59,031 nt of DNA, filler included, from Sphacelaria rigidula (GCA_964200075.2; 9 parts of 9 records of this genome joined end to end with filler, not necessarily neighbours in it); one strand, 5' to 3'. Shown: positions 38,741 through 51,763, counted from the whole stretch's first letter. Numbers and translations: made by a program. The notes: generated by a model from the sequence alone, not told the origin.

Positions 38741-39688
38741 ATGATGCCTCCAATACGTGCTCGTAGCCTGACGACAAGTTCAACACCGAGTGATGCTGCG
38801 ATAGGGTCTGCAATTTTTGGGCCAAAACCGGCCTGATTCAGGGGTTCCTAAAATTAGGAACTACACAAGAATATGGGTCAGGATATCCCCGTGTGCAAAT
38901 TCATTCGGGATATCCCTAGCAAATTGGAAGAAAACCCTGGCGTACTCTCACCTGTTTCGAAAGTCGTGTTTTGGATGAGATAAAGGGTACCTAACAATGC
39001 TACTCTCAGGCCGTAAAAGTGCTGACCCTCTCGCAGCATCACTCCACCTTTGACACAAGTACCCCACGTTTGTGCCAGCCGATCCTCAGGCTAAACCATC
39101 CAGGCGACTCACGATCGTATTTTTTATCTTTTTGCCCATTTGCTGTACTGGATACTTTCCTGAAGGGAGGTCATTTTCACCGTATAAGGTTCAAGGACGG
39201 CTTGCATAACACAAGGCCTCACTCACACCGGGATGTCCCGTACATTCCGTTTTCCACTGCGTGTACGATTCACCATGGGTCGCGACTCCAGTGGTGCTTC
39301 CGAGTAGACCTTCGCTGCCGGNNNNNNNNNNNNNNNNNNNNNNNNNNNNNNNNNNNNNNNNNNNNTTAATTAATTAANNNNNNNNNNNNNNNNNNNNNNN
39401 NNNNNNNNNNNNNNNNNNNNNTGTTTCTGCCCTTCCCCGGCTGCAGGGGGGGGGGGGTACAAGTCAAAAAAAAAAAGGAAAAAAAAAAAATTATACCCCC
39501 CCCCCCCCCCCCCCCCTCCCCACCTGTTGAGAAATCCTCTGAGGAAAACATGAAACGCACGGCAGCTTGTGACCACGGCTGTATTCGTCGTGGACGAGTT
39601 AACGTGCGATCTTACAACCAGCCAACAAGCTAAAGTCAAGCAACTGAGTAAATCGACAACGAAAATCCGGAAATATTTCGATGCGCAG

Positions 39689-39938
39689 ATGCGGCTACCG
39701 CGCTGCGCGTCATGGCGCTCCTCCGAGATGTGGCGAATGGTGGCACCACCGTGCTCTGCAGCCTGCACCAGCCCAGGCCTCGAATGCTCAACCTGCTGGA
39801 CAAGGTCATGCTCTTGTCGAGAGGGCAGGTGGCGTACTTCGGATCTCCGTCCGATGCGAAGTCGTTCTTTTCGTCGATCGGTCGACCGTTTCCCGCCGGA
39901 CAACCGCATCCGGCAGACGCCATGCTCACGCTTTGCAG
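39689..39938 (+). CDS. ABCG (White-type) transporter exon, NBD D-loop to H-loop region
   Basis: AG|..AATALRVMALLRDVANGGTTVLCSLHQPRPRMLNLLDKVMLLSRGQVAYFG...HPADAML|GT. Confidence 0.92.
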
Positions 39939-40113
39939 GTACCTTGACCCCCCCGTCTGAGTAAGCTGCTCTACACGGTACCTTAGGAGCCAGTACTGTT
40001 CAGAACAAGACATCGCCAGGAACGGTTCAGGAACCGAAGCCAGTACGGTTTAGTGCAGCAGCAGTATTTTTCTTGAGCACGCACGCTCAGAACTCGTGTC
40101 CTTCGCCTGCAAA

Positions 40114-40159
<46 letters not shown>

Positions 40160-40169
40160 TTCCCTTTTT

Positions 40170-40659
40170 TTCCGCGGCAACTGGGGGATGGGGGGGCGCG
40201 GCCCCCTCTCTTCCAACGATCCCCTTATTCTGAAGGCACTCACAGCGCATCCGGCGACGCGGCAACGTTGACCGTAAATCCGTTGTCGACTCACAACAAA
40301 GATTTAGACCTCGAAGGGACTTCTCTGAGCCGCCATTCATCCCTACGCGGACCCCCGCTTCGCCCGGCCGAGCCGTCGGAAGCCGAGAGCGGGTTTTCAT
40401 CGGAGCAAGGCAGATGTTCCATGTTGTGCTGCTGCGGCAGTGACCCGTGCGGGTCAGGCGGGGATGGTGCCATCGCTGTACCCCCGAAGGCGGGTTTCCT
40501 AGTGCAAACGGAGGCTTTATCAAGACGTTTGTTGTTGAGGGCGGTGCGGCACCCTCTGTTACTGATGCTGCACTTTGGAGGGGCTGTGGCGATGGCTGTT
40601 TGCCTTGGGACTATATTCCAGGGGAAATTGGAGTTTACCTTCGATGGCGCGCAAAGCAG
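40170..40659 (+). CDS. ABCG exon: linker and first TM helix (5' boundary obscured by low-quality C-run)
   Basis: GFLVQTEALSRRLLLRAVRHPLLLMLHFGGAVAMAVCLGTIF...GAQSR, ending at an AG|GTGCGT donor. Confidence 0.85.
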
Positions 40660-41331
40660 GTGCGTTGTCTCTCGGCGAGAGTCAGACGAATCACCTCTGG
40701 TTCATATCACCAAATTTACGATTTTTGTCTACTTTTTTCTTTTAGGTCTGATCGCTCGGAAAAGAGATGAAGGTTGACCGCGGGTCCAAAAACGTCTCTA
40801 CAGTATGCATATTTTGCGCTATTTTTCCCACGTGCCTGCCTGGGGTGAGCGTGCGCACCTGGGGTGTATGCCATCCTGAAAGCATAGCCCAAGGATCCAT
40901 TCGTATAGTACGAATCAGTTACAGTTGAAGCGAGCGATGTTCAGACGAACCAGTTTTCATTCGACCCTTGGTCTTGTATGCAGTACAGGGACGATCCCAG
41001 GTTGGTCGCCAGCCCGGCATGACCTCCACTATAGTGGTACAGTAAAACTACTTGATATTAGTATAGCGATTCGGACTTGTGGCGCGTGATTTTGACTGTA
41101 CTGTGGTGGGGCCTCCACTGTTGTTCGTTGCTTTTGGGCTGCGCTGCCTGTCGGTGTTATTCGTTGATGCTGGGTGGTGTTATTTTGTGTCTTGTGCGTG
41201 TGTGTGTGTGTTTTTTTTTTCTGCTGTCCGTTTTGCTTGTCTCGCCTTGTGTGTATGTGGTCGGGTTTTTTTCATGCGTCACGTATGTGTGAGTTCGCTT
41301 GTATCTCTCGTGTCACTCTACCCACATGTTT

Positions 41332-42054
41332 CACACATCGGACGAGTCATTACTCGTGGAAACGAGTACTAAAGTAGATGTTTTTTTAAACACAACGAAC
41401 ATGACTCGTGTGCTCGAGTCATTGATATTTTTTACAACGGGCAATGGCTCCTTGCTCGAGCCATTCAGTTTTTTCACGACAAGCAATGACGCGTGTGCTC
41501 GAGCTATCCAGTTGTCCACAACGAGCAATGACTCGTGTGCTCGAGTCATTCAGTTTTCCACAACGAGCAATGACTCGAGTGCTCGGCCCATAAATGTACT
41601 ACTCGAGAGGTACTTTCCGCTGCTTTAGTAGAACTTTGATCCGTGGAGGAGGGGAGGGGGGGTCGGATCAAATTAAAACGAGCTTTGGAGCTTGACGCTT
41701 TTGACGCTCGTGTATGTGCAGATATACATATGAAATTGAAGATTCGAGGTTCAAGACCGTCGAAGATCTCATCATAATTATTTACTCGTCGGATCGCTGA
41801 CTCCTCCATTCAAGTCGTTCATCACGAGCAATGACTTGTGTGCTCGAGGGTTATTTTCTTTTCCACCACGAGCAATGACTCGAGTACTCGCCCTATCATT
41901 TTTTTCTACAACGAGGAATGACTCGTGTGCTCGAATTATCTTCCTCTCCACCATGAGCAATGACTCGAGTACTCGCCCAATTAATTTTTACGGCCAACGA
42001 GCAGCCTAACGAGTGCGGGTGCCACGAGTCATACTCGTGCTCGTCCGACGTGTG
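41332..42054. mobile_element. CACACRTCGGAC-TIR element with CTCGAG/GACTCG-rich 42-bp arrays
   Basis: Ends CACACATCGGACGAG and CTCGTCCGACGTGTG. Unit ACGAGCAATGACTCGTGTGCTCGAGTCATTCAGTTTTCCACA. Flanks ACATGTTT and GAATGTTC. Confidence 0.85.
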
Positions 42055-42082
42055 GAATGTTCTTGTTCAGGCTGTGATTATA

Positions 42083-42897
42083 CTTCCTCTGTCCCATAAG
42101 TCTGGTCGGTTATGTTTATACGAGCCCTTAACGGTTTCCGATCTGATTTTCGATCTTTTTTTTTCTATGCTATTTTTTCAGTCAAAAGCATATCTTGTTT
42201 CTTTCCAGTTCGCTGTTGAACCATGCGGCCGAACGGCCGCAAAAATATCAGTCGGCCAAAAAATGGCCGTACTTCGCCCCTTTCCCAAGGCAAAAAAGTG
42301 CTGGTTGACCTTCTTCAGCGCCGCCACCTTGGTAGGCGTGAGGAGCGACGCACGTCCAGTTCTTGCGCTGTTCGAAAGGTCGAACTCCTGGGTCGCGTCC
42401 ATCTGGGCTCTGGCGTTTTTCCACAATTTAGTCGGGTACTCGGGACCAACACCGTAGCGTTCGCAAATTGGTCCCAGTCAGCCCTTGGGCACCCTAGTCT
42501 TGCCCGGTGGAATAGCGAGCGCAACCACCATCGCAATCGCATAGCGGCGACCCAATGTGAGCTCACCACCCGTTTCGCGAGATGGGGGCTAGTCGGGGGT
42601 AAGTCCATCGTATTGTGATGTCTGTGGGCTAGATATGGGACGGTAATCACGAATTCAAACAGAAAATCTAATAAAAACTGAAAACAAATCTCATGAAAAA
42701 TCTAGAAAATGGCCCAAATGGGGTATATTCTGGCCTAACTTTAGTATTGAAAACGAACTTCTTTTTTTTTCTTTTATTTTATCTGCTGCGTCTGCGTTTT
42801 ATCTTTCAATAGATCCCAACTATAGGGTAATCGTCAACATCGTTCCACCCAAACAAAAAAACGCCCATAACCGACCAGACTTATGGGACAGAGGGAA
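42083..42897 (-). mobile_element. Internally deleted Tc1/mariner element with Stowaway-like TIRs
   Basis: TA|CTTCCTCTGTCCCATAAGTCTGGTCGGTTATG...CATAACCGACCAGACTTATGGGACAGAGGGAA|TA. Minus strand carries an HTH-like ICERYGVGPEYPTKLWKNA..RTGR fragment. Confidence 0.85.
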
Positions 42898-43132
42898 TAT
42901 AAATATATATATATATACATTTATACTCCAGTATAAATATTTTCATGTATACATACTTTTGAAGACATTGAGTCAGGTATTAGCAATCAAGTTCTTCGTC
43001 CCAGGTGCGGGTAGAGGTTTGCTCACTCCATTGAACGATCAGGATCACAAAGATTTGGATTTATCGCTAGCGTCGTTCTGCAGAGTACCGACGTTGGCGT
43101 TGCCTCATGCTGACCAATAATCATGTACTACT

Positions 43133-43369
43133 GTCATCCAAATGCGAGGTAATAGGTAATCAGTAGGCTTCGGGCCGAACTGTTTCAGCAGGATGCAGCT
43201 GTCCTTTCATGCGACTCGCCAAACATAGCACGGCGCTCCGCGCTTGGTGATTGTGAGCCTGGTCCGGCGAAAACCCGGCGGGCTCCGTCCCGGCTTTTGT
43301 AGTGATGCTAGGTCAAGGGTCTTCTGACTCGGCATGCGAGATGATGAGTACACCCCCGCTCCCCGCCCT
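43133..43369 (+). mobile_element. Family B retroelement 3' portion
   Basis: Homologous to 44746-45075 and 46330-46610. Ends ATGAGTACACCCCCGCTCCCC. Confidence 0.8.
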
Positions 43370-43379
43370 CTGCCTTCAG

Positions 43380-43650
43380 GCTGGGCGTTCTGTTTTTCCT
43401 GCTTCTGTACCTGTCCCTTCTGTCCCTCACTTCACTGCCGGTGTGGCGAGAGGATCGACGGTTGTTCCTCACGGAAAGCATGGGAGGAGCCTACGGTCAC
43501 CTGTCCTACTTCTTGTCGGTGGTATTGGCGGACATTCTGCTGGTCAGGGTTATCCCGCCGCTTGTTCTGGCCGTTGTGGCCTACCCGCTCATGGGCCTGA
43601 ATGATTTTTCTGACGCGGGTTGGACGCTGCTGTGGTTTGCTCTCATCCTG
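43380..43650 (+). CDS. ABCG exon: transmembrane domain
   Basis: CAG|G then LGVLFFLLLYLSLLSLTSLPVWREDRRLFLTESMGGAYGHLSYFLSVVLADILLVRVIPP..., ending CTG|GTGAG. Phase matches the previous exon. Confidence 0.92.
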
Positions 43651-43974
43651 GTGAGTGAGAGTGTGTTGGAGCATTCGGCCGGTAGGGGGTGATCATGTCG
43701 GTGAAACACCGACGTCACAATCACCGTAGGTGATGTATATATTGTTGGGATTGATCTTGACATTCAATATTCATTTAGTAACAATTATCGAGTATTTAGT
43801 TTGTTTTCAATATTGATGTATGTAATAGAAATGGTGCAGTGCTGGTATTGTTGATGATGTTATTATCAAGGGGTGGCAGGCACATCTCTCGATTCCTGCA
43901 CACTAGCCTTCCCTTGCGCCAACGCTGTTTCCTGTTTTGACCTTTTGTAGAGTGCATGTGTGTGTCTTTTTGAG

Positions 43975-44046
43975 GCGGGGGGGAGGGAGGGCGTACTCAT
44001 TTGTTGATTGCCTAATGGTCGTTTGACCATTGCCCACCCATCCCTT
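43975..44046 (-). mobile_element. Short family A tail with C-run
   Basis: G-run then GCGTACTCATTTGTTG..GGTCGTTTGACCATTG. Confidence 0.75.
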
Positions 44047-44088
44047 TTTAATTTTTTGTGTACTTGGTTTTATGTCTGTCTCTGTCTC

Positions 44089-44122
<34 letters not shown>

Positions 44123-44178
44123 TTGGGGGCGTTCCGCTGTCCCCGCTTTCCAACAACCTCAAAACGGTNNNNNNNNNN

Positions 44179-44215
<37 letters not shown>

Positions 44216-44745
44216 TTTTCCCCCCCCCCCCCCCCCCTTCCCCTTCCCCTTTTGGGGGCTTCTCGGTATCAAAGCATTGAACAAAACTACAGTAGTTCGT
44301 AGTTTGATCAGCTATTTTTTTTCGATCTATCCTGTGAGCTGCTACGTCGCATTTTTTTTTCTTTTGGGGCGCAGGAGGGGTCTTCGCGCACAGCCTCGCG
44401 CCCCAAGAGGTTTGAGGTACAGTGCCATCTATTGATCACCACTGTGCGTTCTGTATACATTGTGCACACGAGTAAGGGGCCCTATGTCACTCAGTTGATC
44501 ACCGGCATTACACACGCAAGTGCTCGTTTTGAGCTTGAAAAAGAGATGTGAGTGGGGGAAGGGAAGGTAGCCTAGGTAGTGAGAGACCCCCCCCCCCCCC
44601 CCCCCCCCCCCCCGCACACCGGGGGGCGACAGGCAGAGCAGGAGGCNNNNNNNNNNCGGTTGTTCTTTTTGGGGGTGAAAAAAGGGTGGGGGGGGGGGGG
44701 GGGGAGGGGGGCCGGGTGGGGAGAGGCCCCCCCCCCCCCCCCCCT

Positions 44746-45075
44746 TGATGCGAGATGGGAGACACCCATGAGGCAGTGTAGAAGCCGTGGTTGTCTCTGG
44801 AAGTGGCGATACCAAAAAATGAAGTAACTCATAGTAGGCTGTCGTTTAAATGCAAGATAATCAGTAGGCTTCGGGCCGAACAATCCTAGCAGGATGCAGC
44901 TCATCCTTCATGCGACTCGACGAACACACCACGGCGCCTCGCGCTTTGTGATCGAGTGCGGGCCTGGTTCGACGAGAACCCGCCGTGCTCCGTCCCGTCT
45001 TTGTAGGGATGCTAGGCCAATGGTCGTATGACTACGGCATGCATGATCATGAGTACACCCCCTCCCCCTTCCCCT
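44746..45075 (+). mobile_element. Family B retroelement flanked by C-runs
   Basis: C-run immediately upstream; ends CATGAGTACACCCCCTCCCC. Confidence 0.8.
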
Positions 45076-45224
45076 ACGGCGCACGCCATCCCCCATGTCG
45101 ACACTCTTTCTGGTATCTTGTTCTTTCAAAACATTCGCGCACCAAACGTACACAACATTCTCCCCACCCAACAGCTATTCTTGTTGCTTCGCTACATGTT
45201 GCCGTACTTTGGCATATCCTTCAG

Positions 45225-45375
45225 GTGCTTTCGAATATTGCGGTGGCGTTGGGTGCTATGGGTGTGGGTGCCCTAGGCCTGGCCTTAGATCTGTCGAATC
45301 TACTGGGAGGGCTCATGGTGCTGATTTTCATCTTGTTCAGCCGCTTCTTGCTCAACGAAAACAGCATTCCCGCCG
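45225..45375 (+). CDS. ABCG exon: transmembrane domain
   Basis: CAG|VLSNIAVALGAMGVGALGLALDLSNLLGGLMVLIFILFSRFLLNENSIPA G|GTGAG. Confidence 0.9.
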
Positions 45376-45991
45376 GTGAGTATTTGGCCCCTACTGCTTT
45401 CTGTGCCCGCGTCGATGGTCTATATAGTGGTGTAACTGACACCGTTAGGGACAGGGGTGGGAAAGAACGTGCATACAATTCCCGCCTGACACGTCTTTGA
45501 TCCTCCTGGTTTGACGTCTTCTGTCACGTGTACGAGCTGGGCCAGCCGAAAAACACTACCAGCTGGCCCAGTTCGTACTTGATCTCCCTCGTTAGAAACG
45601 TGAGGGCGTACGTTGATGAGGAAAAGTCTGTTTAACTGAGGTTGTTGGACGACAGTCGACGCAGTGCGCCGGAGTGGTAATCCAATCCGCTATCCCGGAG
45701 TGTAGGGCGTGTTTACCGAGGGCGTGGAGGAAATAGGTTTGATCCCTCCTGGGACCACGGACTCGTCCCGACGAAGGGGAGGGGTTGAAAGTAAGACACC
45801 TTGCCCCCTGCCCCCCCCCCCCAAAAAAAAAAAAAAAGCCCCCCCACCCCCCCCCCCCCCCCCCCTCCCCCCCCCCCACCCCCGGGGGATGNNNNNNNNN
45901 NNNNNNNNNNNNNNNNNNNNNNNNNNNNNNNNNNNTTAATTAATTAANNNNNNNNNNNNNNNNNNNNNNNNNNNNNNNNNNNNNNNNNNNN

Positions 45992-46610
45992 GGAGTAGGA
46001 GCCCCGCTCCGTCTCGAAAGGGATGCGTGGTCAATGGTCAAACGACTAAGGCAAGCAACAAATGAGTACGCCCCCTCCCCTAAGCCTGGCCCGGCGAAAA
46101 CCCGGCGTGCACTGTCCCGGCTTTGTTGGGGCGGACCCCCCTACGGGGTTGGCATCGGTTGTCGATGAAATTGTACAACACGCTACTCACGCCGTGAGCT
46201 ATGCAATCAGGTTTGTTGCCGATTTTTGTTTGTGCGGTAAAAATGATGGTGGTAGACCTAGATTTATATTGTGCGAGGTGGGAGATCCTCAACTCCGCGC
46301 AAAGGGGATGGTATACCTACGTGATGTTGGGACAACCATGAGGCAGTGTAAAAGCCGTGACTGTCGCTGGACATGGCGATACCAGAAAATGACTAAGCAA
46401 CTCATTGTAGGCTGTCATCCAAATGCAATATCATCAGTACGCTCCGGGCCGGGCAATTTTAGCGGCACTCGCCGAGCACACCACGACGCTTCGCGCTTGG
46501 TGAGATGAAATGCGAGCCTGGTTCGGCGAAGCCTGGTGTGCTCCCTGCCGGCTTTGTAGGGATGCGATGTCAATGGTCTCACGACCATGACATGCAAGAT
46601 CATGAGTACT
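45992..46610 (+). mobile_element. Family A tail followed by family B fragments
   Basis: The A tail ends at 46080 in CCCCCTCCCC. B fragment at ~46083-46125 and B copy at ~46330-46610. Confidence 0.8.
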
Positions 46611-46945
46611 AGGCTTTAGCTTTGTATGCGCGCGTAAGGTTTAGCTTAATTTGTTTTTCATGGGCTTCAAATGAGTTTTTTTTACGAGCTTGAGGCGAGC
46701 TCAAAATTTCTGACAAGCTTACACGATGTGCTTGAAACGAGCATAAGGTTGCGATACATTTTCATGCGCCTCCTCCAGCCATTGCAGCAGCTGTCCGAAC
46801 GTGCCCCCCACGGCCTATTGCGTGACTCGTCACCCGTCACTTAGTACCCCCGCCCCCCTCCCGGTGTTCAGTTCTTCGGCGGTTCTTCATGTGGTCGTTC
46901 GTGAGTTCGTCGAGTACTCGATGAATATAATATACTGTATGATCA

Positions 46946-47322
46946 GCCGGTCGCCCCGGTGGCTCACTTGGTGACCTTGAAACCTTCTAACGGTTGAGTA
47001 GTTGGGTTCAATTCCTGGAGCGATCTAGGATTTTCCCTCACAACATGCCCAACAGTGAAGAGCGACCATGTCGTGGGTACACAAAATTCGACTTAACGGT
47101 CGACGAGGAAAAGGGACTGCTGGACCCCTCTCGCAATGAAAAATAAAGGCAAGCACCGCAGAAGGAAGGTGGGGTCCTAAAAGCAAACAAAAGAAGAAAA
47201 AATCCTGTGTTGACCTTCCTCCTGTGAGACCCCGGCTGGTGCGCCCACATATACCGAATAGTGCAGACTGGCGCCCAGAATGAATGGGACGACAATACAC
47301 ACACACACACACATACACACAC
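46946..47322 (+). mobile_element. tRNA-headed SINE with (CA)n tail
   Basis: Homolog of 25616-25965. Confidence 0.8.
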
Positions 47323-50300
47323 GTGGGGACCCCTGTTCAAAAGTCAAGGCGAATCAGTAGAGCTCGGAAATGGTGCCATTTATAACTGGCCATTATCATT
47401 ATAATGGTAAGAATGGTAATGGTTACATGGAACTTTTGGATAATGGTATGAAACCATTATTTACCTTTACCGGCTACGTGTGCTACGTACAGCCCTTGAA
47501 TATTGGCCCAAATGTATCGTACCTTGTAGCTCTAGTCAAGCTAAATCGCGTAATAAGGTGTCTCCGGCTCGGCTCCCAACGTAGTCCCCGTCACCCGCAG
47601 TAGTACAAGTTCGGCTTACTTAGGACGACTTTTGACGTAAAACGGGAACATAACGAATGTAACGTGCTCACCCTTGGATTTTCTCTCTCCAGTTCGTCGC
47701 TATCCATCTCATACTTTTTTTGTCTGAGGTACGGCAGATTCATGCAATATAAAGCGGGACCCAGTATAGTGCGGTAAACATCGCGTGTTACAAGTTCGAC
47801 CCGCGATGCTGTACCACTTTCGAGTAATTTCACTCTACTCGTGCATTCCGTCGCGCTCCGGTCGGGTAATCTCACTGTATTCACCAGCCACCAGGTAAAG
47901 ACGGCTTTTACCAATGGGGCAGTTTTCTCAGAATTTTTTACTTTTTCCAAACAATCGGATATTTGCTGCGACTTCGTCGGGAAAACATTGCTGAACAAAA
48001 ATCTGACGCTTCATTTCGGGAGAAATCTGTCGCCTGTCTTGAGTACGTTCATTTTCCTAATATCACATTTTTCGGCGCAAAACGTTTTTCCTCCCGAAAA
48101 GTTCTACATTTCCGAACGTAAAAGGAAAGAAAAACGTCAGGAAGGTACCGAAGGTGGACGTTTACGGGTTGAAATTCGGGTTGAGTCGATCTTTTGGAGC
48201 GCGATGTAGGGGAATGTTGATGGTCATGATCCACTCTACTCCGCCTGACCAGAATGCCAGACGGAGTTAGTATCGAGGTAGAGATGGGTTGATTCCTCGA
48301 GATTACGGGCTCGTCCCGACGAAGTGGAGGGGTTGAACCAGTGCTGTAAAAATTTTTGGTGTGGTGCAGACGTTTTTACCTACAAGTCTAGTCTGTACTA
48401 TTTTCAAGGTATTGTACCGTACCAGCGTGGTGCATGGATCCGTTGTAGTGCGGTCGTGCCGACTGGCAGCCCATCGCATCACGGTTGAGATACACCCTCT
48501 TTTTTCTTTTCTACTTTCTGAAATCCTGGAAATTTCGGGTCATGATTCGTAAACAACATCGCAGTTTCGAAATATAATGGAGATCGGCGCAGACTTTTTA
48601 CGGGGCAGGGAAGAAAACGGAGTACCGTTGGGTGTACCAATGCAGCCCGGTGATTTTGGCGTCTTCCATGCATGCAGATAGGCGCCTCCGTCGCCGCGTG
48701 AGACCCTCCACTGCGGGGATCGATACTCACTGCAGTGCATCGTACTAGGATAGTTTTGTGTCGCAATAAAATTGGCGCGCGCGCCCTCCACGCCGGGTTG
48801 TGCAACTAGGGACTGGTCGCGTTGCAACCGGGCAAGCAGAGGTTGACAGTACCGGGGTTCGTCCTGCATCCAGGACGGCATCTCCGGCTAACGAAGGATC
48901 CGTTTTGAAAAAATGTGTGACGGAGGGATTGTGCAAGCAGGCACTGGTGACGTTGTAGCCGGATAGGCAGGGTGGTTGTTTTGTAGTATGAGAGTTGGTC
49001 ATTATTCGGCACAGCATCGGCAGTTGACGAATGATCCACATGATGCATACAATGTGTCGCCTCCGTGAATGTTGATTATTCTGGTGCGATGCAGAACTAC
49101 ATACGCCAAACATGGTGGTGCGGGGAGAAACATGCGCCCTAATAATACAGGCGGATCCGACCTCCTTTACATACCCTTATTTCTTGCTTGAATCACGCGT
49201 TGAACGAACAAAGATACGTTCTCCACGCCCTGATGCAGGGGGATGAACAGTATTTGTAGGGTAGCCCCCCCGCCCCCAAGCCAACGAGTCTCCGAGACAA
49301 GAAAAAAAAAGTCGCTTGTTGGTCGCCAGAAGCCCCCACAATCCAGGCTGATCCAACACGCGTGTTGGACTCGATTCGGAGCCGTGATATTACCGACTTG
49401 TTTTCTTTTCCGGGGGCAGTAGAAGCAGAAGTTTCGAAGATCTCCCGACGGAAACAGCGTGGTCCTTGTAATTTTTTGGGTAAGGGCATTGTAGGAACAT
49501 TACCCAACCATAGTTATATGCAAGAGGGACGGGGAATCGGCTGCCCCGCGCTGTACTACACAACCGATGGCAGACGCTTGCTTCACACTTGGTTGGCATT
49601 ACCCAACCCAACATTTTACCCTTATTTCCGCACTACTAGAACCGAGAGGTTGATTGCTCCGTACTGGAGCCAAACGCAGTTTCTCGATCCAATCCATACT
49701 GGAAAGAAGCGCGCAATATTTCTGGGTATCATGGAGTACTTACTACCAGCCTTGGATATGAGGTATGAAATCTGCTCTTCACCAGTTCACAAGATCGAGC
49801 TCGGGTCGGGCCGAAGGTGAGGTAATTCTCTCTCCGGAAGACACGACGATTTCATGACATCGTGTCATTATTTCAATGTAATGTTCAAATAAACCTCGGA
49901 CAACTTGTGGCGTAAAAGTGTAGCTCTACGAAGCCTGCCCCTGCCATGGAGTTACTCGTTGACTCATACTAAAGAACCAACTTGTTACTCTCGGTGCATA
50001 CCAAAACCAGTATTCCGTTGATTTTTTTTAAAGCCAAGTAGAATGTTGTCCACACTTACTTGAGCACGGTAGTTCGTCGATTCACTAAAGCGAAGTAGTG
50101 AGCAGATTAATACTCAACCTAAGTACTTAGTTCACCCATTCAAGTGCACAAGACTTTATCCAACATTCATCACGACTGAAATATCATCATCCCACGGGTG
50201 AATTCTTTCCGCTACGACTGCCCAAAACAAGGCACACGGACATGCAAACCCTGGGTGGTGAAAGTATCGTCCAATTCCTTACACTGTTGGACAAACAGAG

Positions 50301-51763
50301 AGGAAACAGAGAAGAGAACGTTTCTTGAAATCCTGTTTATTCTTCCTCGAAGCCGCCGAGGGGGGGGAGGGGCTGGCTGGCCCCTTCACTTTGTTTCGTA
50401 CGTGACAGCTACTGACGAGTGGATCATGACTATTGGCACTTCTCCACTCCGACGACTCTAATTGATTTCCCTTTGCCCTTCCCGCGCCCTCATGTTTGTA
50501 ACAACAAACATTATTTTCGTGAGATTGTGGGTAAAGGATACGAGTAAGAGTGAGAAGCGGTCAATAAGCAAATGAATCGTCTCAGTTCCGAAATGCCTCT
50601 CCACGAGGCCCGATGTGCTTTCCGTAGTAGCTTGGCACTGAAGCCCTTGATTTCCCCGAGTAGGATGGATATCGACTTACAGCTGTAGGCACACGGTAGT
50701 GATACAGGCGAAGCAAATCACACACGGAAGGAACAAATAGCCAAGTGAAGGGGAGTGATGGAACCCACTCTCCATCAGTGCTCTACTCTCAAAAGAGAAA
50801 GCAGATTCTGCTGAAGGATACGGTCATTTGACGAGATTCGAACCCGAGGGCAAGGGCTTCGTATGTGGGACTGTATAAGGTCGTGTTTGGATGGGGTGCA
50901 CCCGAAAGTTGGGAGCATTTGATTGGTTTACTAAACCATACCGAAATGTGTACCAAACACTCCTGTATGGATCTGCAGGGTATTGAGCCCGGTTTTGAAC
51001 ACTCCGGTATGGTTTGGAAGGGCATTTGCCGATGTTGAACCTCTATTATAAGTAAATATGTGAGTTTCAGTCGGTATATCGTACAAAACACCCCCTTCGG
51101 AGTTTACGTGTGATTCGGTTTGCTCGGGCCCTACCCATTTTTTGCGTTCACCAGAATAATGTTTGCGTGCGTGTGTGTATGCGTGTGTTTGTTGTTCTCT
51201 CTTCAACTCGTTACATATCAGTTTCGGGTGTCGAGCTAGCTCAACTCAAGATTGTTGTGGCAGAGCGCTTGTGGTCATCATTGATACCGTCCCTCGTGAA
51301 AGCTGTGATATTTTTGGTGTGTATCCTTGTCGTTGTGCAGGCATCGAGTTCGGCTGAATTTTGGGGGAGGCACGCAGTTCATGTCATCTTGAACATACAG
51401 TTCCTCTGAAGCGTCGCAAGAAACGTCACAGTCACGCTATTAGTTTCACATATCGGGTTCTTATGTGTATCATGTATCATGTGTGTTCTGTTCCGATTTT
51501 GCTTTCGATATGGTCACGAGTATATAACGTCATGAGCAACATCCACATCCCGAGCGATAAATTATTTTGTCCATAAAAGCGTACTACGCACGTTATGGAA
51601 TCTTCTGTATGTCCCGATATATTTGTTGGCAATGTAGTCCATTGCCATTATCCAGGGTATGGAAATCAAAAATATATATCACGGTTCCGTTATTCCCATG
51701 TTGAATATCGGGTTCTTGTGCTGCGTCACCATGTGTCATGTGTTTCTGTTCCGATTTTGCACA

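Noticed and set aside
44080..44750. Long poly-G/C/T runs and polyproline/polyglycine ORFs (also 24118-24275, 39422-39520, 40113-40160, 45800-45890)
   Set aside because: Most lie beside N gaps and look like low-quality sequence, so run lengths are unreliable. They were not used as primary evidence for C-tract targeting.
47480..51100. Short ORFs suggesting a gene or viral insert
   Set aside because: No recognisable domain, consistent splice pattern or gene-dense viral organisation; left unannotated.
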